A stretch of 64,000 bases of DNA from a virus. Positions 42,915-51,900 of this stretch are shown one piece after another. The stretch is taken from positions 1 through 64,000 of IMG/VR virus record IMGVR_UViG_3300047551_001153. The stretch is one strand, 5' to 3'. Every line of letters starts with the position of its first letter. Position 1 is the first letter of the stretch. The notes under the pieces are model-generated. The model did no database searches. It saw only the letters and a list, made by a program, of their open reading frames with translations, and was not told the origin of the DNA. The position numbers and the translations under genes are program-made.

Positions 42915-43812
42915 TGAAAATCTTCCTCAATTCCGTTGCGACAAATTCAGTAAATTCTGGGCGCAACATTTTTATAACTCTCTTCTTGTCGTTTTCCCTG
43001 ATTTCATAGTCGATGTTAATTATGGGTGTCACAAATGATCCGTCAGGCATTGGACGCAAATCATTTCCACGAATATATCGCTCAAGATTGCTTGACTTAT
43101 TTTTATCGGCGTTTACATATACGGGATTTATACCCAAATCTCTTCTTACCTGCTCTATACTTTCAACAAAATGATGGTCAACTATTTCTTCCGAGTCTAA
43201 CTTTTCGAAATGATGAACTGCGTAGCGATTGTCATCTACGATTCGATAGACTCTTGCGGTAAAGGACTTCCCATCCGATCTTTGATGATAAAGGATGTTC
43301 TGCGATATACCGAAGAAGTCCAAACTTTCAGGTATTGTGCTGACACTTGGTGAATTTTCATCTACTACGACTTTGTATAGGTTCGGTTCCCAAGCCAGAA
43401 TGGTCACATCATATCCATTGATTGTGGTGACGCTTCCTTCGGATGTGGGCTGAATCCAGAAATCGCTTTGGGTGGATGATGCCTCTTCTAAATCTATAAA
43501 GTACGCCCTTCCTGGATACTTTTGGCTCACGGATTTTTCCAACTCAACGCTTGATGATGGCCAATCAAAATATGGATTCAGTATCTCATTGAAAAGCAGT
43601 ATCGTCCAATGGAGTGTCGGTTTTCCGTAAACACGATAGGCTAATTGTTCGGGTCTTTCGCCATCTCTGATCGTATAATCCAAATAAGACACTTGAGTGT
43701 TGCTTACATAATCAAGTATTTTTGCACGCACGGTCAAATCGGTCGCCAACATCGGAGGTCTTCCGACATCATCGCTGTAATACGATACTGGGAAATACTT
43801 GAAGTATGACAT
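42907..43812 (-). CDS. gp53: Baseplate wedge protein
   Basis: YFKYFP, Y.IRDGERPEQLA..VYG...HWTILLFN...P..DWP, YE..EN..KR.I. Confidence 0.93.
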   Translation of the reverse strand: MSYFKYFPVSYYSDDVGRPPMLATDLTVRAKILDYVSNTQVSYLDYTIRDGERPEQLAYRVYGKPTLHWTILLFNEILNPYFDWPSSSVELEKSVSQKYPGRAYFIDLEEASSTQSDFWIQPTSEGSVTTINGYDVTILAWEPNLYKVVVDENSPSVSTIPESLDFFGISQNILYHQRSDGKSFTARVYRIVDDNRYAVHHFEKLDSEEIVDHHFVESIEQVRRDLGINPVYVNADKNKSSNLERYIRGNDLRPMPDGSFVTPIINIDYEIRENDKKRVIKMLRPEFTEFVATELRKIFIG

Positions 43813-45080
43813 CAATATCCTCTGTCAATTTCTTCTCTGGTGAGTATTGAGAGTTCTTCGAAATCAAGCGACATTCTTACGAGAGTGGGGTGAACAACGG
43901 TTGACTTTCCGTCAGTGCTTGCAAGTTTGAATCCACTGAAAAATTTTTGCTCTCCATACTTAACATCTATTCCCGTTAGAGCGCACTTTCTGATTTTTGG
44001 TACACGGATAATTTCTTCATTATTGAAAAGAAAGGTTATATCGAACTCTGCGGGAAAGTCAAGAAACCTACCATCTCGTGATCTTTTGGGGTGGCTATAT
44101 TGCCTGAATTTTCTCACAATCATGTCCACGGATTTCGCTTCCTGTGGAGAGCGAGGAGTAAAAGAGAATTCATATTTAAACTTTCTTCTCTGAACACCCT
44201 TGAACAAGTGAACAAGAAAGGGGTTTACAATCTCACGCTTGCTTGCTTTGTTGTAGTTTTGAAACAATTCTTTTCCACCTAAACTATCAGCAACTTCATC
44301 TGCTACACTTAGCATTTGCAAAGAAAGTTTTTTAGCAATCTCGCCCATCCCGTCTGGGTTGTCAATTCCTCCAAGTGCTTGGAGGGCTTTAACGATGTCA
44401 ATAGCACCAAGATCGGCTGATTCATAATCCATTTGAGAATTGAATGAAATATTCGAAGGAAGATACAAGTATATCGACTCTTTCTTCTCCGTCAGACCAA
44501 CTAAACCAGTCACTTCTTCTTCTTTACTATCACGCATGGTTCCTACGCCAGTTACATTTCCATTTGCATCTCTTTGAAAGTCACGCTTTTTGACCTGACT
44601 TCCCGTGACATTTGTAATCTGACTTATTTGTGTCTGCAAAGCGGCGTTTCCACCTTGCAATAAGGCTTTGCCATATGTTGTGGCCGAAACTCCGTTGCCT
44701 GCCTCTCGTTGTTGTTTTAACTCGGCGTAAGCCTTATCTAAAGATGCCATGGCATCGTTATTTCTTTTTCGGTTTGAGTCGAGAGTAGCACCACCAGTAT
44801 CAAATATATCAAATCTCATTCCAAATGCGTACTCTTTGGTCTGAAATAAATCCCTTGGAAAGTAAAGCAGTCGAGTATCTTTACTTAGATCATCACCATA
44901 AAGTTTCGATTCAAACTCATTTGAAACTGGTGGATTAGGCTCGGGCGTTGATTGAGTATCGAGCGAGCCTTTGAACACCGATGATTCATTATTAGTCTCA
45001 ACTACGGTGGTTCCGTCAGCAAGACGATATTTGTCATCTGCGCCGTTGTCTGATTTACCTAAGTATATTCTGTCTGGCAT
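43812..45080 (-). CDS. gp48: Baseplate tail-tube cap
   Basis: IYLYLP, NP...LFKG..RR.F.YEF.F.PRS..EA, P.EFDI.F, KCALT.IDV.Y, F.EL..LTR. Start taken at MPDRIY (45080); the track's extension to 45170 overlaps gp4. Confidence 0.85.
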   Translation of the reverse strand: MPDRIYLGKSDNGADDKYRLADGTTVVETNNESSVFKGSLDTQSTPEPNPPVSNEFESKLYGDDLSKDTRLLYFPRDLFQTKEYAFGMRFDIFDTGGATLDSNRKRNNDAMASLDKAYAELKQQREAGNGVSATTYGKALLQGGNAALQTQISQITNVTGSQVKKRDFQRDANGNVTGVGTMRDSKEEEVTGLVGLTEKKESIYLYLPSNISFNSQMDYESADLGAIDIVKALQALGGIDNPDGMGEIAKKLSLQMLSVADEVADSLGGKELFQNYNKASKREIVNPFLVHLFKGVQRRKFKYEFSFTPRSPQEAKSVDMIVRKFRQYSHPKRSRDGRFLDFPAEFDITFLFNNEEIIRVPKIRKCALTGIDVKYGEQKFFSGFKLASTDGKSTVVHPTLVRMSLDFEELSILTREEIDRGY

Positions 45081-45085
45081 AATAC

Positions 45086-45109
45086 TATTTAGTCCCTTTC
45101 CTATAAATA
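45086..45109. promoter_or_regulatory. Back-to-back divergent late promoters (ACTAAATA minus at 45086-45093; TATAAATA plus at 45102-45109)
   Basis: Both boxes sit in the 39-nt gap between divergent gp48 and gp4. Confidence 0.75.
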
Positions 45110-45119
45110 CATCCACATC

Positions 45120-45584
45120 ATGACACGGCGACCCAACGAGAGTTATAAGGGGAAGTACACTCCCCGACACCCCGAGAAGTACAAAGGCAATCCCGACCTT
45201 TGTATCTACCGCTCGCTCTGGGAACGAAAGTTCATGACATTCTGCGATGACACCCCGTCCGTCATTGAGTGGTCATCGGAGGAAATCGTCGTTCCCTACA
45301 TCTCGCCTCTGGACGGACGCAGACACCGCTACTTCGTGGACTTCTGGGTCAAGGTCAAGTCCAAGGACGAGACCATCAAGGAGTACCTGATTGAGGTCAA
45401 GCCGAAGTCCCAAACCGAGCCTCCCAAGCCCCCCAAAACCAAGCGGGTCTCCAAGTCCAAAATAACGGAAATGCGGAACTGGATGATTAACTCCGCCAAA
45501 TGGAACGCCGCCCGTAAGGTTTGCGAGGATAAGGGTTGGGAGTTCAAGATTCTGACCGAAGATAATCTTTTCTCCACCAGTTGA
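45120..45584 (+). CDS. gp4: Head completion protein / TnsA-like nuclease
   Basis: YKGKY.P..PEKYKG, YRSLWERKFM, WSSEE..VPY.SP, HRYFVDF, LIEVKP..QT, N.AKW.AA, F.ILTE. Confidence 0.95.
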   Translation: MTRRPNESYKGKYTPRHPEKYKGNPDLCIYRSLWERKFMTFCDDTPSVIEWSSEEIVVPYISPLDGRRHRYFVDFWVKVKSKDETIKEYLIEVKPKSQTEPPKPPKTKRVSKSKITEMRNWMINSAKWNAARKVCEDKGWEFKILTEDNLFSTS

Positions 45585-45614
45585 TTTTTGCCGATTCGGG
45601 AGTATACTGACCCC
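45581..45614 (+). promoter_or_regulatory. Sigma70-like early/middle promoter for primase
   Basis: TTGATT-16 nt-TATACT then GACCCC and the ATG; GTATACTGACCCCA is identical to the gp46 promoter. Confidence 0.7.
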
Positions 45615-46643
45615 ATGGCGATGTACTTAGATGCGAAGTTCATAAACCTGCTCTCCCCGAGGCTTGAGCGGTTCAAGTGGAAGAAGAGCAACCTTGCCAG
45701 TTGCCGTTGCCCCGTCTGTGGCGACTCAATCAAAAACAAGTCCAAGACCCGCTTCTATTTCTATGAAAAGAACGGCGACTATTTCGTCCGTTGCCATAAC
45801 TGCGACTACAGCACCACTCTGGGTGTATTCATTCGTTTCATGGACGAGGGGCTTTACCGACAATATTGTCTGGAAGCCTTTGCCGACAAGAAGGCGGCCT
45901 CGCCTACCCCCGAGCGCAAGCCCGAGCCTATAACGCCTCCTAAGCCAAAGAACGAGGCTTTACAGAGCATCCCGAGACTCGTTGACCTGCCCAAAGACCA
46001 CTGTGCCCTCGCATGGGCGGACACCCGAAGGATTCCCGAACAACGCCGACACCTCCTCTACTACGCCCCAAACTTCTGGGAGTTCGTCAATCAGATTGAC
46101 CCCGAAGCCAAGGTGGGTGATGACGAGCGTATCGTTATCCCTATCTTTGACCTAAAAGGTAATCTCACGGGCGTGCAGGGGCGACTTCTGAAATCGAATA
46201 ACCACAAGTGGAAAGAAATCCGATACATGACTATCAAGGTCAACCCGAACGGAGACCGACTCTGGTATGGTCTGGAGCGAGTCAAGACTGATGAGCCAAT
46301 CGTAGTTACGGAAGGGCCGATTGACAGCCTGTTCCTCCGTAATGGCGTGGCGATGCTTGGCTTGTCCGACCCACTCTATGTCCCCGAGGGTATCCCACCC
46401 GAGCGTCTCATCTACGCTCTGGACAATGAACCCCGTAACGAGCAGGTTGTTGAAGCCATGCTCAAACTTGTCGATGCGGGGCGTAAGGTTTGTGTCTGGG
46501 ACAGGAGCGTCAAGTCCATCAAGGACATCAATGATATGGTCATGCGAAACATCCGACCAGTTGAGATTGAGTCCATGATACGCACCTGTTCCTACAACGG
46601 ATTGTCTGGAATGTTGGCCGTGAATCGTTGGAAGCGAGTCTAA
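45615..46643 (+). CDS. gp61: DNA primase
   Basis: Zn finger CRCPVCGDS...CHNC, QGR, TOPRIM VTEGPIDSLF, DNEPRN, KDINDM. Start taken at ATG 45615. Confidence 0.97.
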   Translation: MAMYLDAKFINLLSPRLERFKWKKSNLASCRCPVCGDSIKNKSKTRFYFYEKNGDYFVRCHNCDYSTTLGVFIRFMDEGLYRQYCLEAFADKKAASPTPERKPEPITPPKPKNEALQSIPRLVDLPKDHCALAWADTRRIPEQRRHLLYYAPNFWEFVNQIDPEAKVGDDERIVIPIFDLKGNLTGVQGRLLKSNNHKWKEIRYMTIKVNPNGDRLWYGLERVKTDEPIVVTEGPIDSLFLRNGVAMLGLSDPLYVPEGIPPERLIYALDNEPRNEQVVEAMLKLVDAGRKVCVWDRSVKSIKDINDMVMRNIRPVEIESMIRTCSYNGLSGMLAVNRWKRV

Positions 46644-46646
46644 ATA
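46639..46646 (+). promoter_or_regulatory. Late promoter box TCTAAATA
   Basis: Overlaps the primase stop, upstream of the AAGGAG RBS of the next ORF. Confidence 0.5.
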
Positions 46647-46669
46647 GCGTACCTTATAAGGAGTCTTGT

Positions 46670-46969
46670 ATGAATGTGAAGTTAATTGGTTTGCCGAGCG
46701 GTGAGCAGTTGTTGGTGGATGTCGTGGGTGAAGATGGTCAGGGTCTTCATATCAAGTCCCCCGCCGTCCTTCTTCCTGCGGGTCAGGGGCGTTTGGCTCT
46801 TGTTCCGTGGCTCCCGTACGGCGAGACGGACAACATGGTTTTGAAGAATGTGTCGTTCATGATTGCGCCGAAGGTGGAACTCCTGAACGAGTACAACTCC
46901 ATGTTCGGTAGTGGTCTGGTGATTCCTCCCAAGGAACTCGCCACGCCGAAACTTGTCCTGACCGAATAG
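46670..46969 (+). CDS. Conserved small T4-like hypothetical protein (Sm-like fold candidate)
   Basis: MNVKLI.L.SGE.L, PWLPY, YNSMFGSGLV.P pattern; AAGGAG RBS before ATG 46670. Confidence 0.8.
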   Translation: MNVKLIGLPSGEQLLVDVVGEDGQGLHIKSPAVLLPAGQGRLALVPWLPYGETDNMVLKNVSFMIAPKVELLNEYNSMFGSGLVIPPKELATPKLVLTE

Positions 46970-46982
46970 TCTTACCTGTTCC

Positions 46983-47016
46983 AAAAGAAAGGCCCCCGAA
47001 AGGGGGCTTTTTCTTT
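46983..47016. terminator. Bidirectional rho-independent terminator
   Basis: AAAAGAAAGGCCCCC-GAAA-GGGGGCTTTTTCTTT between convergent genes, with U-tracts on both strands. Confidence 0.9.
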
Positions 47017-48721
47017 ATGCCATCTTACTGAAGTTGCCCTTCTTGACAACTTGGATATGCCTCTGGAACTTGTCCTGAAGCACTTCCTTGGACTTGTGGC
47101 TGATGACGAAGACATTCACCCCGCCGCCCTTCATGCTGTTGAGAATCTCAAGGAAGGCTTCGGTGGATGTATCATCAAGCGACCCGTCAAGCACCTCGTC
47201 CAGAATGAGAAGGTTCGTGGACAGGCTGTTCTTGACTTCGGCCATAGACCGCCATGCGAAGAGCAGGGCAAGGTCAATCTTACGCTTCTCTCCTTCGCTG
47301 AAGGATGCGTAGGTGAAGATGTCCCGATGGCGGGACTTGATGGTCTCGTTGAACTCATCGTCCAGTTGGAAGTTGACAAAGAAGTTCATCATGCTGAGAT
47401 ACTTGTTGATGATGAGATTGATGACTGGGATGTAGTTCTTGATGATTTTTTTCTTGATGCCGCCGTCACGAAGCAGGACGCTTGCGAGATTCATGTAGTG
47501 TTGCTCCTCCACAAGTTCCTTCTTGGAGTCAACCGCTTCGCTCTCCTCGTTGAGATATGTCTGGAGCGTATCCTCTTCCTTGCGAAGTTTCTCCGTGTCA
47601 ACGCCACGACTGCGAACCTTGCCGATGTACTCGTTCAGGTTCTCAATGTCATTGGTCTTGTTGGTCACGAGTGCCTGAAGACTGGCGACTTCATGAAGGA
47701 TGTCGGTGATTGCGTCATATCGGTCTTCGGCTTCCTTGAACTTCGCCGTCAGTTCCGACAAGGCGGTCTCTAACTCGTTCTTTCGGTTGGACTTTGACTC
47801 AATCGTCGCCTTCTTAAACTCGTCAGCAATCGCCTGTTGGCAGGAAGGACACTTATCATTCTTAGTGTAAAACTCAACCTCCTTGCGAATGGACGATATT
47901 TTCTTCTCAATCTGGGCCTTGAGTTCAAAGCACTTCTCCTTCTGCTTCTGGACGGTTTTCTTATCGGACACGGATGAAACCATGGTGTCTATGCGGGTCA
48001 CGAGGTCTGAGATTTCCGTCTGGATTTTGGCGATGGATTCAGAGGTCTTTTGAACTTCCGTCTCCTCCCACTCCCTGTCCTTCTGAGAACGATTGCGCTC
48101 GTCCTCAATGACCTTCTTCTGGCTTCGGACTCGCTCCTTGGCCACGGCGAGTTGGGTGTCCGTTTGGGCCATCTCCTCCTTGGTCTGACTGGCACGCTCC
48201 TTGAGAAGGGTGTTCATGATGGAGAACACGCCGATGTCCAGAACGCTTTCCACGATGGTTCGGCGTTCGGCGGCTGGTAGGCGCATGAACGGGACATAGT
48301 TGGCCGAGCCGAGGATGACCACCTGACAGAACGCACGGAAGTTCATGCGAAGGATTTGCTCCTCCAGAAACTTCTGGCCGTCCTTGGCCTTGGCCTCTTG
48401 GTCAAGGAACTTTCCGTCCTTCCAGATTTCAAAGACCTTGGGAGCCTGCCCACGCACGACCTTGTACTCATGCTTGCCGTCCGAGAACTCAATCTCAACC
48501 ACGCAGTCCTTCTCGTTGACCGTATTGACCAACTGAGGAAGATTGATGGCACGGTAGGGCTTGTTGAACAGGACGAAGGTCAGAGCATCCAATACGGTAC
48601 TCTTACCCGCCCCGTTCTCGCCGCTGATGAGGGTTGTATAGGTGTCGCACAGGGAGACCTCGTTGAAGGTGTTGCCTGTGGACAAGAAGTTTTTCCAACG
48701 GATTTTTGTGAATGTAATCAT
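47015..48721 (-). CDS. gp46: Recombination endonuclease ATPase subunit (Rad50/SbcC-like)
   Basis: WKNFLSTGN, Walker A GENGAGKST, zinc hook CPSC, signature FSEGEK, LILDEVLD, ISH. Start taken at MITFTK. Confidence 0.98.
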   Translation of the reverse strand: MITFTKIRWKNFLSTGNTFNEVSLCDTYTTLISGENGAGKSTVLDALTFVLFNKPYRAINLPQLVNTVNEKDCVVEIEFSDGKHEYKVVRGQAPKVFEIWKDGKFLDQEAKAKDGQKFLEEQILRMNFRAFCQVVILGSANYVPFMRLPAAERRTIVESVLDIGVFSIMNTLLKERASQTKEEMAQTDTQLAVAKERVRSQKKVIEDERNRSQKDREWEETEVQKTSESIAKIQTEISDLVTRIDTMVSSVSDKKTVQKQKEKCFELKAQIEKKISSIRKEVEFYTKNDKCPSCQQAIADEFKKATIESKSNRKNELETALSELTAKFKEAEDRYDAITDILHEVASLQALVTNKTNDIENLNEYIGKVRSRGVDTEKLRKEEDTLQTYLNEESEAVDSKKELVEEQHYMNLASVLLRDGGIKKKIIKNYIPVINLIINKYLSMMNFFVNFQLDDEFNETIKSRHRDIFTYASFSEGEKRKIDLALLFAWRSMAEVKNSLSTNLLILDEVLDGSLDDTSTEAFLEILNSMKGGGVNVFVISHKSKEVLQDKFQRHIQVVKKGNFSKMA

Positions 48722-48728
48722 AATGAAA

Positions 48729-48770
48729 TCGTCCGATGTACACCGATTGGGGTCAGTATACATCGGACGA
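48729..48770. repeat. 12-bp perfect inverted repeat TCGTCCGATGTA / TACATCGGACGA with 18-nt spacer
   Basis: Arms read directly at 48729-48740 and 48759-48770. Confidence 0.9.
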
Positions 48771-48782
48771 AATTTTTGTCAA
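48749..48782 (-). promoter_or_regulatory. Sigma70-like promoter for gp46
   Basis: TTGACA (48782-48777), 16-nt spacer, TATACT (48760-48755), then GACCCC. Confidence 0.75.
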
Positions 48783-48790
48783 GAGGTTCT

Positions 48791-48904
48791 TTACTGCTTG
48801 TTCCAAGGGAGTTTCGCCGATGCCCACTTCCATGCGGGACCGCCGATCAACGCACCTGCGACAAACATGAGAACGCTCCACCAGACTACGCTAAGACCAA
48901 ACAT
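48791..48904 (-). CDS. 37-aa single-pass membrane peptide
   Basis: Below the track cutoff; MFGLSVVWWSVLMFVAGALIGGPAWKWASAKLPWNKQ after a strong AAAGGAG RBS. Confidence 0.75.
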   Translation of the reverse strand: MFGLSVVWWSVLMFVAGALIGGPAWKWASAKLPWNKQ

Positions 48905-48916
48905 AAATGCTCCTTT

Positions 48917-51900
48917 CTATCGAGTTAGAATATTATATGTTATATCTACGGCTGATGTTGGAACATATCTGTGGTTTCTAAAGAACTGATCTGCACCATT
49001 CATCAACTTGATCTTATTTATAGTGTGAATATCCATTCTTCGATTTATTTCAGGAAATGATGCTCTGTTTATTTGCTGATTGTTTTCATTGTATAAACTA
49101 TTATAATATCTCCAATTTTGTGAAACTTTAGCGAGTGGCCTGATTGGATAGTCATTTCTCGTATAAAAGAATCTTTCAATATCCGCTACGGTTGTGATTC
49201 CTTGCGGGAATTCATTTACACCAAAGAATATATTCATCAATTCACCCTTATCTTGATTCGGAATCTCAGAACTCAGCAAAAACTCGGGAATGGTTCTGGT
49301 AGTGAGACTCATCGAATATTTCGGCCCACTTATATTGTTACTAATCGGAATATCCGTTCCAAATTGCGCCCTACAAGGCATAGGCGAATTTCCTAAACTT
49401 ATTCTTCTATATTGACAATTAAGCGGTGGTATAGGTATTCCTGTATTTGAACACACGCAAGCAGTTGCTCCAAATGATCGCTCAAGGTTCGTTATCGTAT
49501 CGTCTGGTATTTCTATACATTTTGATACAAATGAGGTTTCTTGTACATTTACAAGGCCAGCGGCTCCTCTATCACGAACAACCTGAGTTTGCGATACATC
49601 TCCAATAAAATTTGATCTGGATGAACACCCGCATCTACCGCCACTATACGATATTGCGGAAGGTCTTCTTGATGATGGAACGGGTGGTCCGCCCAATCCA
49701 ACTTCACTTCTGAATACACAACCGTTTGAACTTAGGCATTGATCACTACAGCATCCATTAAACATATTTCTTTTGATTTTGTGCGAATAAATCTTGAGGG
49801 GAACACCAACTTGACAAGTACAATCGGAACTCTCCCAAAGTATAGTGTCAATCGAAAAACACTCAAGGTGCGGAATAACTCCGCAATCGGAGCAATTTTG
49901 AGCGCATCTATCAAAATAAATGTCTGAAACAGCCGTAATTTTTATTGAATATAAAACACCGACCACGATAGTTGTGCCGTCATTTTTCACTACTTCTGAA
50001 ATTATGAAAAGATCATTTACATTTACATCATTTGTACTTGACACAGAACCTGGTGTGGGAATGACACCATTTACAAACACATTTAGGTGTCCCTCTTGTA
50101 TTGAACCTCTCGGCGGAAGCGGTGAATATCCCGTGGGATGAACTGTGTATATAATTTGAGCCTGAGTTGATGGATCATAAACTTTTATATATTTTACATC
50201 ATCAAAAAAGTCCGAAATGCTTGCTCCTTCAATGCGAAGTCTTAATCTCAATCCAAAATCAGCATACCATTCTCCACCAGCACGAATACAATCGCATTTT
50301 CCAACTATAACGGAAGAGCAGATATTGTTGATATAACAAGAGCCAGCCAAAGTATCATCCGCCAGACACTCCTCGCAAGTAGACACCCGAGTTCCACCCA
50401 TTCTTTCACATTGCGCTCTCTGTACAATTGAGCAAGACCCACGGCACTGGGTTCCCTCTGGAGACGGCAAACAGCAAAGAACGGGGACATAATCACAGCA
50501 ATTGTCAGCCAATGGGCTAAAGTCCGATAGTGTTGGAGGTGTGTCTTCCTGTCCTACACATTGGTACGAATTGTTCCAACGATTTGAAAGAACAAGTTCT
50601 GCCCCACTCACTCCCACACAGTTTCCATTAGAATTAAACATCAGAGTTTGATTTGAAGATCCAATCGGAACACTCTCAGAAAGGAATCTCATATAATCAG
50701 AAGCGTAAGTTTTCGAGTAAAATTCGTGTTGTTTATAGAGTTCAGATTCGGTTGGAAATAAATCATTTCCAGTAATAGTCATGGTTCTGATTTTAACATT
50801 TAATCCAGAAATATCTTCATCAGTGATTCGTGGCGGCTCTTCGAAAACAGTTGGTATATCAAGAAGGCGTGGAACAGATAATTTTGTCAGGCTACTACCA
50901 GTTACGGGCGGATTGTAAAACAAATCAAATTCAGGATTTCTTACTATTGTAAAATCCCATTTACTGTTTGGACCTATCGGACCCGTGATGCTGATTTTAC
51001 CATCCAAAATAATTTGATCACGAATATTCACATCTCGCTTAAACTTGAACAGCGATATGTAAGAAGTTTCTCCACCATATGAAACACCTGCAATTCTTCC
51101 GATATTATCAGGGTTTGCGAATCCGCCAGATGTTGTATTGTAGTAATAAAATGTCAGTCCTACACTTGGGAATCCTTCTCCAGTATTACCTGTCACTCCA
51201 ACTACAACACCCTCAGTATATGGACTGATCGTCAAAGTGCCACCCGTGAGTCTTTGATCTGGTTGTTTCCACCTCAATATTTCATAATTTGCCGTTTCTC
51301 CTGATCCTTTGACCATGACATATTTGTGTTCATTGAATGTATCCGTTGTAAGCCCGTTTCCCGAAACTGAAAGGACTACAATCTTATTCTGATCATATTC
51401 GAAAGAAATCGGTTGGTATTGAGCGTATGAATTATTTGACCAAATTGGTAAATTTTCGCTGGGCGGAGTTCCAAAAGACTCTCTTCCTATAAAGTTTCTC
51501 GATCTTCTTTGCAAATACTCCAAATTCCCCGACGATTGATCAGATGAAAATGCCGCAGTCAAAGCGAAAGGAATTTGATCCAAATAAACAAAACCATCGC
51601 AACCGTATATTGTGTTTATGGGAGTATTTGATAAGTACGGGCTTGCCGCAGGTTCAATCATCCCGCCCTTGAACATGGCTTCTGAAATAAACTTGTCTGT
51701 TGCATATGACTTATTACCAGTATAACCATCCAAGAAGGAAACTATGGAAGAGGTTCTGCTGTCCTCTATTTTTTTACCTCTGAGGAATCTTCCCGTTGGG
51801 TCATCATAGAACCCGATAAATCGAGATCGGTACATATTGTTCACAAGGGGAAGAACTTCTTTTCTTTCCGAGCCATTATTGATCACATCATTGTCAGCAT

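Noticed and set aside
45081-45170. N-terminal extension of gp48 in the track
   Set aside because: Overlaps gp4 and both late promoters; ATG 45080 fits better.
45120-45584. TnsA-like nuclease as a transposon or homing endonuclease
   Set aside because: Matches T4 gp4 head completion protein with a late promoter; no other transposition genes or ends.
47051-48989. Plus-strand ORFs opposite gp46
   Set aside because: Antisense shadows of a highly conserved gene.
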